Positions 1-29,954 of a stretch of 64,000 nucleotides of DNA are shown here, piece after piece; positions within the stretch are counted from its first letter, which is position 1; each line of letters begins with the position of its first letter. The notes beneath the pieces were generated by a model. The model saw only the letters and a program-made list of their open reading frames with translations. It was not told the DNA's origin and searched no databases. A program made the translations under genes and the position numbers. The DNA lies in the NCBI GenBank assembly GCA_963693365.1, contig CAVNZM010000003.1:1337506-1401505 (forward strand), read 5' to 3'. The DNA is from Amoebidium appalachense (lineage: Eukaryota; Protista; Ichthyosporea).

Positions 1-17
1 GGGGGGGATCTCCATAC

Positions 18-12981
<12,964 letters not shown>

Positions 12982-13328
12982 AGTGAGAACAGAGGAGGGC
13001 TAAGGAAGAAATGCCATGTTGGTCCGATTAAGCCAAGGCATAGAGGTCCTTGGCGATGTAAGAAGCAAGTAACAAGTGGCTTGCTAGAACTGGCATGTGC
13101 ATGTGCATGCATCGATCGGTCGTTTCTCTCTTTCTCCTTCCAAGGTTAGCTGAGTTTCCTCAAAAAGTAGGAATAGGCCTATTGGAAACTAAAAATAGAT
13201 GATGTTGAACCGCCAATGGGATCTCTACGATAACCATTTTGGCGGGAAATGGCCCCCCGGCCCCCGCGGCCCCCCGGAAAATCTCCCTGAATATTTAATT
13301 TCAAGTTCGAAATGGTACCTCTTGAACG

Positions 13329-13670
13329 TTCTTTTTTTTTCTTTTGACTGGATTTATTCGACGGAAAGATATGCAAGTATGCACGGCATACTGAGAAGAC
13401 AATAAAAACTTCACGGGTTATCCAGTAACAAGTGCATACTGAGATACCTGAACACTGTGTGAAAATCATATAAATACTCAATGTGACGACCAACAGAATT
13501 CTTTTTTTTCTTTTGACTGGATTTATTCAACGGAAAGATATGCAAGTATGCACGGCATACTGAGAAGACAATAAAAACTTCACGAGTTATCCAGTAACAA
13601 GTGCATACTGAGATACCTGAACACTGTGTGAAAATCATATAAATACTCAATGTGACGACCAACAGAATTC
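13329..13670. repeat. Near-perfect tandem duplication of a ~169-bp unit
   Basis: TTCTTTTGACTGGATTTATTC...GTGACGACCAACAGAATTC occurs at ~13329-13501 and ~13499-13670 with only a few substitutions. Confidence 0.95.
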
Positions 13671-14250
13671 AACAAAAAGTCTAAAGTGTTCACATTGCCA
13701 GCTAGTGAAGCAGATACCCGGAGGGAAAGAGGTAAAACGCGACATAAAAATTCACACCTATCAACATGCTTGCGATAAAAAGGTTCAGCACAAAAGTGGC
13801 ACCAGCGGCGATGAAAACAAAAATTGCAGCGCCACTGCACAACTTCCCAGGCAATATCAACATCAGAGCACCATACAGATTTATCTACTAAGGTGGTATC
13901 CATACGTACAGCAGGAGAAATGTATCCTGCCAAAGCTCCCAAAAAGCGATAATGATCAGTACGGTGTTGCCTAAGGAACATAACACATGCCGACTGAGTT
14001 TTACCTTCGATTTCTCTATCAGAACGAGAAAGAAACTTATACTGCGTATGGTAATAACGCGAAAAGGCAGAAAAAACAGGAAGAGAAAAGAAAGAGGGAG
14101 TGAGATAGCGAGAGGAAGAATCAGGTGGAAAGAGGATTCAACAAAAAGTCTGAAGTGGTCACATTGCCAGCCAGTGTAGCAGACACCCGTAGGGAAAGAG
14201 GTAAAACGCGACATAAAAACTCACACCTATCAACATGCTTGCGATTAAAA
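13667..14250. repeat. ~115-bp direct repeats (13667-13781 and 14137-14250) enclosing ~355 bp of unique sequence
   Basis: ATTCAACAAAAAGTCT..GGGAAAGAGGTAAAACGCGACATAAAAA.TCACACCTATCAACATGCTTGCGAT is present twice, about 90% identical by eye. Confidence 0.9.
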
Positions 14251-14974
14251 GCGTTTTGCCTAAATAATGTCGGTGTTTTTGTAATTGAAGGTAGTTGCGC
14301 AGTGCTCCTGGCATATGTGCTAATGCTTCATCGTCACGATGAATTGATGCTAATAATAAAATTGTTGTGGTTGTATTGTGAGCTGATGCATGTACATGTA
14401 TCGTTGTTAAGTATGCAGCTGTATAATTATGCACTTGCATGTACTTGAGGAATGTAACTTGTGCCTAGGCCTATTTAAATCCGGTCCCCCATATATGTGA
14501 CTTTTCAGCTTACGGGTGGAAAAGAATGGCCAAAAGAAATACAATGTACGCAGTGCACGTGAATGGTTCGATGGTGTGTGTACATGTATGTATTGTGCAA
14601 ATGCCTCCCCCCCTCCCCCCCCCCCCCCCCCTCCGGATCCCCCTCCTCACTAAAAAAAAAAAAAAGAGAGAGAGAGTTTTTTTCACGCTTCCGTCCTCAC
14701 CCACACAGTGGCACGCCCGCACACACACATATGCGTACCTGAACAATCACCCCGGGCCCATCCACTCGACCGTATCACCACCCTGTTTATGATGGGCCAC
14801 ATATTCTCCCCCGGCCCACACCTCTCTCACACACACACTCTCTCTCTCTCTCCCCGGCCCCTCTCTCCTCCTTCCCCTCCCCCGACACATACAAACACAC
14901 ACACACACACGTGCACACACACGCGTGCGCACACACACAGTGTCAGTCTCACCACGGTGACCTAGGTGTGTACA

Positions 14975-15005
<31 letters not shown>

Positions 15006-15093
15006 TGTGTGACGTGTTGCATTTGTTTATGTGTGTTGGGGGAAAGGGGGGGGAGGTAGCCCCCAATGTCGGCCCCACTGATGACGCTTCCCG

Positions 15094-15126
<33 letters not shown>

Positions 15127-15332
15127 CATCGCCGTACGCGTGGCGGGGAAATTCTATAGTCTACATTGCGTAGACAATTTGATTACGTCATTCAATGTAG
15201 TCTTCCGCCACCGTGGAGGGGCAGAAATTTGGGGCTAATATATTAGGGGGGAGGGGGGGGGGGGGGGGGGGGGGGAGGACGGTTCGCGTCTATGACATTG
15301 TATGTGTAGATGTGCTTGCGAGGGGTTTTTTT

Positions 15333-15374
<42 letters not shown>

Positions 15375-15786
15375 GTGGTGGTGGTGGTGGTGGAGGGGTG
15401 TGTGTGTGTGTGTGTGTGTTTTTTTTTGGGGGGGGGGGGGGGGGGGGGGGGGGGGTAAGTTCGTAGTGAACCAATAATCGGCAACAGAGCACAGTTTATT
15501 CTGCTTCATGGTTACGTCGTAGCCGACAGATCACTACATTACAAGATTATCATCAGCTCTACTAGTCCCTTTACAAAAACAGATACAGGTGAAAGCAGCC
15601 AACACCCAAATCCGAGGCATTAGACTAGAGTACGAAAACATTAATATTGTAGACCGTGTAAGCCAACACTTATAAACCTCAATACAAAACTGGGTGAAAG
15701 CTACATCTATACACCTATTTATATTTCATGAGGGAATCCCACGCGAATTTGCAAATAAATATAAACGGGCGAGAATGCAAGTGGTA

Positions 15787-15831
<45 letters not shown>

Positions 15832-16522
15832 CGTCCATACGTGCATATGCGATTTGAGTCACTGTGCCAGGACACCGAAATGCTGATGTGTAAACTGCAA
15901 GCCCAAGCCCAAGTCCCCCCCCCCCCCCTCCCCCCTTCCATACACACACACACACACACACCCACACACTCTAACACACGAAGGACTGTTTTGTCCTTGT
16001 ATGTGCTGTCACCTGCTACTTCTTACAGCAAAACGCGAAATCCCCCCTAGCATAAAGCGACAAGAAGAAAAAGCTTGATGCTTGACAAGTTCTTATACTT
16101 TTATGCGAATGGAAGATTCGGGAACAAATAGATATCCAACTGCATGCCGCTATATTTGCCACCAGGCCATTTGTCTTATCTACCCAACATCACTAACTAC
16201 GATGAGAGTTATAGAGCAGCCCGTTTAGAAATCGATACTTCAATGACACCACACATGCATGCACGCACACACACACACACACCCAACAAGGGTAACAATA
16301 ACAAAGAGAAAAAAGGAAACACAGAACAGACTAGATTACTCACAATAAGAATAACAGATAGATGATTTAGCCGAAGGGAGAGAGCCGCTTCTTCAACACA
16401 AGGAGCTTGGAGGGTCTTTAAAAAAAAAAACTATAAAAAAAAAACTAAAAAAAAAAAAAAAAAAAACTGGAGAGGAATATACGGGCAGGTGGGGAGGGAA
16501 GAGGGGGGAAGAGGGGGGGGGG

Positions 16523-16566
<44 letters not shown>

Positions 16567-16729
16567 AACACGAGTTCAACATCTCTCAATTTTTTAAAAG
16601 AACAAGTAGCAGAAAAAAACTCTGGAAAGAGAAAGAAAGAAAAAAGATGGAGGAAGAATATTTCCTTGCCGCACATGCAGCCATCGATTCTGGCAACTAT
16701 TACTCACTGTACCCTATGCTTGGAAAAAC

Positions 16730-23080
<6,351 letters not shown>

Positions 23081-23363
23081 CTTCGCGAAATTCAAATAAT
23101 GAAGATAGGCGAAGGGGCGACGTAGTTATGGAGTTTTGGGGTAAGAAAAAGCGAAGTCCGAAAAAAAAAAGGTTTTTGTTTTCTTGACGTTATGAATGAA
23201 AATACATACAGCCGTCTCGCTATAAGTTTTCTCTTCTCTTCTCTCTCCTCTTTCTCCGAGCTTTTTCTCTACCCAGGCTGCAGTGGGAAGCTGTAGTCTG
23301 CTTGACAAGCTTGTATCATGTTTGATGACGACATTGTGACGACAATCAGAATAATGCGATTTT

Positions 23364-23437
23364 ATTGGCTACCAATTCTTAGGACCATTTTGATTGGAAG
23401 AACAAAGTAAGGCTTGTGCGAGCTCTTTGTTGATTGG
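23364..23437. promoter_or_regulatory. Cluster of four CCAAT/ATTGG boxes upstream of the SLC25 gene
   Basis: ATTGG at 23364, CCAAT at 23372, ATTGG at 23393 and ATTGG at 23433, lying ~280-360 bp upstream of the ATG at 23080. Function is inferred. Confidence 0.45.
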
Positions 23438-23476
23438 CTAAAACGGCACCATGTTGCTAAAACGGCACCACATGTG

Positions 23477-24596
23477 CACCGGACCCGGCAGGCCCGACCA
23501 TCAACCCGTTTTTACGGTAAAAAATACCCTAAACGTTTCGAAAATACCATCAAATTTTCAGTTTATGGTAAGCCTCCGCAACTTTCACTTTCACTTCGAT
23601 CTCTTAGCTGTCACGTCAACTTTTTTTCCCGATTCTTCACCATGGCAGGTATATAAAGGCTTTCGTTTCTTCTTTTTGTGGACTTCACTTTCACTTCCAT
23701 CTCTTAGCTGTCACGTCAACTTTTTTTTCCCGATTCTTCACCATGGCAGGTATATAAAGGCTGAAATTTCGTTTCTTCTATTTGTGGTGGGAGACAGGAG
23801 TCCCACTCAGGGGAACGTGACTGCAGCGTGTGTGTGGTGTGGCCTGGTGTATTCCTACTGCTGTGAGAGTGTGGGGGCATCTTCCTTTCGCGGAGTTTCT
23901 CGCTTGAAAAGTGGTTTCTTCAACGCCTGGTGGTCCACTGCAACCTATGGTAACTTCCACACGCTGTCTACGCTTCTACGCGACCTATTGGCGGTGGGCT
24001 GCTGCAACTTCTTCAGCTACTTCTGCGCTGCGTGAGTGGAGGGGCGGCTACTTGGTCGTCGGGGAGCTTTCCAAGTGACTGCCAGTCCTTAGCCTCCATT
24101 CGTATGGCAATGACCGGGTTTGCTTGCATGCATTCTGTAATTGTGTTTTTCTGTGTGTCCTGCCACAACTAGGCCACCTTATCAGAGAGCTAGATGCAGT
24201 TTCTCCGGGTTATCTAGGTGCCGGGCCCGTTGGGATTGTTTTTAGCTCAGATTTGGTCTGCATTGCTCTTTTAGAGGCTGACTTGCTTGCTGTGCCTCGG
24301 TAGGTTTTGAGGGGGGCCTGTTGGGAAGCAGCAGTAATGATGTCTTCTTGCGGAGTGTGGTCTGGTCAACATCGATGCATATGACCAGTTGGAGCAAACT
24401 AGTTTCACGCATATGTACACGTACACTTAAGGTTTTGCCCGCTGGTGTCCTTTGTCACTTGTCGCTTTATTTTTATTTCGTAGCTTTGGCTTTTTCAGTT
24501 CCATTGGTGGTTATGTAGCCTGTGGCTGCACGTTGCCTTCATCAACGGATCAATAAACCCGAGTCAAAAGAAAATTTTCGGGCTTGCCGGACCGTG
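23477..24596. mobile_element. Putative non-autonomous DNA transposon with CAC-initiated imperfect TIRs (Chapaev/CMC-like)
   Basis: Left end CACCGGACCCGGCAGGCCCGA versus reverse complement of right end CACGGTCCGGCAAGCCCGA. Contains an ~80-bp direct duplication (23581-23661 / 23682-23762). No clean TSD seen. Confidence 0.45.
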
Positions 24597-24825
24597 ACGT
24601 AATGCCCAGAGTAAGTCTGTCAATCGTATGTACGTTCGAGAAAGGAGTCCCTTGTAATTATTCCAGCCTTCGTAGTTTATGAAGGGATGCGGCCGGCGGG
24701 TATATTGCATGGCAGCACAAAAAAGTTAACTTTTCGAATATTTGCCGCACATGCATTATGCAAAATGTTGCAATCGTTGTGTGGGGGACACGTGTGTGTG
24801 TGTGGGTGGGTGGGGGGTTCCCACT

Positions 24826-24969
24826 GCAATGGGCCAAGAATTAGCGCAAGTCCTCAGAAAACAGGCATTTCTATCTATTGCCGTAGCAACGATAAAAGTT
24901 TAGTAGCTCTGCACCCGCCGGGGGGAAAGGGGCAGGACGGGGCCCGGGGGGGTTGGGGGAAGGTGACAA

Positions 24970-25005
<36 letters not shown>

Positions 25006-25376
25006 TCGAGGGTAATGGCCGTCAAAAGGTGTATTAGTGCACGTGATGTACAGTCATGTACATGATATGCAACTGAGTACATGCTTTCGTCTTGCAAGTA
25101 TACGTGAATATTGAGTTTTCTTGCACTGTTGACGTGGGTGCCGTATTCGTGCACCCTCTTGCTGTGTGTGTGGGTGTGTGGGTGTGTTGATCATGAGTTG
25201 GTGGTGGGGTGTGTGTGTGGGGGGGAGGGGGGGAGGGGGAGAGGGAGTGAAGAGGGGGGGGGGGGGGGGGGGTTGTCTAAAGGCTCGGAGGACGAGAGGA
25301 AGTCGTCAAAAAACGTACACGATCCCTGTTTAATTACCAAGGTGTGTTTGACATTGTGTGTGAGGTGTGTGTGAAG

Positions 25377-25444
<68 letters not shown>

Positions 25445-25590
25445 GAGAAAGGATGGGGGAGGGGGGGGGGGGGGGGGGATGGATTAAAAGGCTGGCAATG
25501 GGACAGCGAGCGCAAGTCCTCAGGAAACAGACATTTCTAAGCTGTATTACTTACAACAAATAAAAAGCTCTGGCCCACCCCCGGGGGGGG
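24826..25590. repeat. Degenerate ~95-bp direct repeat (24826-24925 and 25495-25590)
   Basis: GCAATGGG..AGCGCAAGTCCTCAG.AAACAG.CATTTCTA...ATAAAA..AGCTCTG..CC.GGGGG is present twice. Confidence 0.75.
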
Positions 25591-26239
25591 GGGGGGGGGA
25601 GGGGGGGGGGGGGAGGGCAAACACGCTCAGGGACAGCCTGAGTCACAGGTGTTCAGTCGTCTTCTGTCATTCAACCTATAGAATTTTATATGTTGAGCAG
25701 AAACGGTTTACATCGGACCTATAATTTGATAAACTTTAATGATGTTAGAGTAGTTGTTTCAGCTAGTGTGTGGCCACGGTTTTATTTGCTGATCATAGAA
25801 AGCTACCAATATAAAGCCCCAACTTTGTGACGGCTGCTGCAGAGTACGCCGGTGTAATGCATGCCATGGAGCTCTGAAACATGTAAGTCATGTAATGCAT
25901 GGCACTTAGTCTATAAGTAGAGGCCTAATTGGAAGGAGATTATATGAAAAACGGTTGAACTTGAAAAGTAGGAATATGGTTAAGAGAGGAAGGGATGGTA
26001 TGGACGAGAAGAGAAGGGGGGGGGGGGGGGGGGGGTGTTTAGTTGTAGCGGCCAGGAAGCCAGCATTTCAGAGCCAATTTCTAACATTACTAAGTAATAT
26101 GTAGCTCTTTATTTTCACGTCATCATCATATGCACAGCAAGCAGTATTTCTACTAGTAGTTTTATATATTGGTACCAGTGCTCATTATGGCTCTTTCAAA
26201 TGATCTGTCATTATATAAACATTCTTTGAGATTAGCAGG

Positions 26240-26638
26240 ACGCTATATTCCGCGATTCAAAAATTAGTCGCTAGGGTCCTCATGACGCTATATTCCGCGA
26301 TTCAATAATTAGTCGCTAGGGTCCTCATATTCGTTGGAGGCTGAACAATTAACAAGAAGTTATCAGTTAACGAGATTTATGTCCCAAGCAGCGGCAGCTC
26401 TGTGACAAAATCCAAGCCCCTCCCCCCTCCCCCCCCCCCTCCCCCCACCCCACGCCCGGGTGGAAAATGTGCCCAAGACACCTGTCCGTAAAACCCCAAA
26501 GGCAAAAATCTCGACCCTTCAAACGAATTTAAGCCCTGCTCTCTCTTGACATCTTACCCGTAAAAACCATATTCTATGCCTACTTTTTCGATAAAATCCC
26601 GTAAAAACCATATTTTATGCCTACTTTTTCGATGAAAT
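26240..26638. repeat. Two short tandem duplications (~44 bp at 26240-26328; ~41 bp at 26557-26638) downstream of the reductase gene
   Basis: GACGCTATATTCCGCGATTCAA.AATTAGTCGCTAGGGTCCTCAT x2 and CCCGTAAAAACCATATT.TATGCCTACTTTTTCGAT x2. Confidence 0.9.
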
Positions 26639-26723
26639 CTCAAATCTCATTGCGAGTTTTCCGTCTATTTCTGACGCGAAAATATCACAAACAGTGTTGT
26701 GTGCCAGTTATCCAGTTTTATTT

Positions 26724-27573
26724 CTAATGCGAGACAGGTGTTGGCTGGCTGACATAGCTGCAGAACCCCCCCGACACGTTCCACGCGTCATACCCCAACT
26801 GCATCAACATTCTCGTGACCGTGTGACCCCTCACACCCGTACGACAAAATACCCACACGGGTTTATCCTTCGGGATTGCATCCAATCGCGTGCGCAATAC
26901 TGACATTGGAATGTTAACGGCCCCCTCCACCGACCCTTCGTTCTCCAATTCGTCGGTTTCGCGCACGTCCAAAATAACCCCTTCGGTCTGACCCTCCTTA
27001 ATGTCTCTCCAGTAGACGTTGCGCGTGTGTTTCTTTAACGTGTTGTATGCCAACATGCCGGCCAAGTTAACGGGATCCTTTGCAGACCCATACTGAGGGG
27101 AGTAGCACAGTTCTGCCTCCTCCAGATCGTGTATGGTGCCCTTAAAGTGCATCGCCATGCTGATCGTGTCGATGCGCCGCTCGCACCCCTTAAGGCCGGT
27201 AGCTTGCGCGCCGAGGATTTTCCCGTCCGGAACGCTGAAAATTAGTTTCATGTGAACGCGGTTGGCGTCCGGGTAGTATTCAGCGTGGTCGAGGGGGTGA
27301 AGGTAGACGACATCGTAATCTTTTCCCTGAATTTTGCCCATGCGGATGAGGGTTTTTTCAGGTACGCCCGTCATTGCAGCCTGAAGACCAAACACACCAC
27401 AGATGGCTGTTCCCAGGAAACCCTCGAATTTGTGCGGAATGCCCATTATGTTGTCGGCCACAACACGACCCTGTGATGGAGGAGATGGAATATCGTAAGC
27501 GGATTGTGGAGAGAGAGGGGGGGAGGGGAGAAGGAAGGGGGGGGAGGGGGGGGGGGGAGACAGGGAGCGAGCG

Positions 27574-27662
<89 letters not shown>

Positions 27663-28101
27663 GGAAGAGGGGGGGAGGGGGGACACTTGCAGAGCTCGGA
27701 GCCCCTGAGAGGCTTGGAGAGAGAGCTTCAGAGTGTATGAAAAAGGGTTGGGAAGGGAGGGGGATGGAGGGGGAGGGGGCTGTGAAGCTTGGCAGAGATT
27801 GGTTTGGAGTGTGTGCTGATGTATGGGAGGGCAGAGGAGGGGGGGGGGGGGGGGAGGGGGGGGGGGGGGGGGGGGGGGGGAAGGGGGCTTGGGACGTACA
27901 TATGTGCCATGGTGTAGAGAGAAGAACGGATGGATGGATGATGGCGGTTTTGGGAGGTGAAATGGGCGGACTTGTGTGCCCATGCATGCTTGAAAAGGGC
28001 CAGAAAGGGGGTGATAAACCAATATATAGTGAGGTGTGTGTGATCAAAGTGTGTTGGTGTTATATGTGTGTCAATAAATGCATGTGGGTGCTCAGTGCAC
28101 G

Positions 28102-28154
<53 letters not shown>

Positions 28155-28375
28155 TTGTGTAGATGCATGTCGGTCTGTATGGGTGGCTGTGCCGTGTGGG
28201 AAGAGGTAAGTGAGAAAGAGAGAGAGTCAGCCATGCGGAAGCGTGCGGTAGTTATGGCAGACTAGAGTGAAATGGTGAGCAAGAAATGTGTGTTCGTTTA
28301 CAACTTCGGGTGTGCTGGTGTGTCAGAAAGAATTTCGGGCTAACACAGGGGGAAGGGGAGGGTCGGGGGAGGGGG

Positions 28376-28409
<34 letters not shown>

Positions 28410-28452
28410 AATGTAGGCATCAGAGGATGCAGAAAAAGGGCACCCCCCCCTC

Positions 28453-28483
<31 letters not shown>

Positions 28484-29954
28484 AAGATATAGTCGTTGAC
28501 TTGAACACAAGACGCCAAACCAGAACCTTAGCAACAACGACATAAATGTGCGGCAACAGACGCTTGAACAGAGCCCATAAACAGGAGGGAAGGTTTTGAG
28601 GTCGTAGTGGTGGTGTTGCTGGTGGTGTGGTGGTGGGGTGGGGGTGGGTGGGTGGAGGGGGGGGGGGAGGGGCGGGGGGGGGGGGGGGAGAGGAATGGGT
28701 CTTGATTTGTGGTATAGGGTAATTTGGTACAGTTAAAAAGTTGCAGGTTTTAAACCCGTTCAACGCGATTTAGCCCGTCCCCCTTTCCCCGCACCAGTAA
28801 CTCGCCCGTCCTCCCTCCCCCCCCCCCCCCTCCCCCCCCCCCCCCCCCCACACACACATCGCGCACCGGTGCATCTTCTCGTCACACTGTGTGTGCATGG
28901 GGTAGTACTCTATGCTCACACTCACCAATTAGCATACATAGAACATGCTCTGTAACACATGAGCCTAATCACATATCACACTACACACCTGACGGTTAGC
29001 CGGACCGGCCATGTAGAACGGCATGTCCACGTTGAGAACCTGGTGGTGTTTCTGTACGGCATCCCCGGCTGCCCACACATGGGGTGCCGACGTTCTCATG
29101 TTCTCATCCACCACAATGGCCCCCCTTGCGCCGAGCGCAAGACCAGCATTCTTTGCTATGTCGGAATCTGCCGTAACACCGATTGCGAGAATGACAACAT
29201 CTGCTTCCAGAACGGAACCGGATTTCGTCGTTACAAGCAAAACCTCGCTGTTGTCTTTCTGCGAGAACGAAGATACTGCATCGCCCAGGTGAAGGCCCAC
29301 GCCATGTTCCTTGAGTGCTCCCTCGACGTAGGTGACCATTTCGCGATCCATGGGGGCAAGGACTTGGTCTTCCATGTCGACAATGGTCGTCATCTTCTTC
29401 AGATGTTGAAGGTTTTCGGCCATTTCCAGACCGATGAACCCACCACCGACTATTACCGCCTTGTTTGTGCTGTGGTGATGTTTTATCCAGTTGACGACTT
29501 TGTCAACGTCTGGGACACTACGAATGGTGAAAATTCCTGGAAGATCGACACCAGGGAAGGGGGGGATAATGGGCTTTGCGCCGGGAGCAAGCACAAGTTC
29601 GTCATACTTGTCTGTCCTTACTTGCCCGGTCTCAAGGTCCTTTACGGTCACGGTTTGGTCCTTGGTGTCAAAGGAAAGGACGTCGGTCCTTGTGTGCACA
29701 TCGATGTTGAACCGCTCCTTCAGTTCGGTCGAGTTGGAAACGAAGAGCTCGTTTCGCTCCTTGATGATGCCACCGACGTAGTATGGGAGACCACAGTTTG
29801 CAAACGATACGTAACTCCCCCGCTCATACATCACTATGTGGCAGGATTCACAGTTGCGGCGGAGCCGGGCTGCTGTTGAGGCCCCGGCTGCTACGCCACC
29901 CACAATTGCAATTGTCTTTTGGGACGTGCACACAGGTTGCCCGTTAGCTGCCAT
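26724..29954 (-). CDS. FAD/NAD(P)H-dependent CoA-disulfide/persulfide reductase with C-terminal rhodanese domain (CoADR-RHD / Npsr-like), ~570 aa, 2 exons
   Basis: Exon 1 is 29954-28989 (CAG|GTGTGT) and exon 2 is 27470-26724 (ACAG|GGT), both phase 0. Motifs: FAD-binding IVGGVAAGASTAARLRR, redox SFANCGLPYY, NAD-binding GGGFIGLEMAE, TSAPHVWAAGD, MAGPANRQ|GRVVADN, HAEYYP, ELCYSPQYGSAKDPVN, and rhodanese ILDVRETDE ... GAVNIP ... VFCRTGVRG ... NVSGG. Confidence 0.93.
28500..28590 (-). repeat. Dispersed intronic repeat family, divergent copy C (in the reductase intron)
   Basis: CAGACGCTTGAACAGAGCCCATAAACAGGAGGGG matches AAGACACTTGAACAGAGCCCATCATCAGGGGGG of the other copies. Confidence 0.55.

Noticed and set aside
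13580-14448. Short ORFs upstream of MLH3
   Set aside because: They lie within duplicated repeat sequence and have no motifs or convincing splice structure.
28959-29879. 306-aa plus-strand ORF
   Set aside because: Antisense shadow of the reductase exon 1 with no recognisable motifs.
26724-29954. Bacterial contamination as the source of the reductase
   Set aside because: The gene is split by a phase-consistent GT-AG intron containing host-type repeats.
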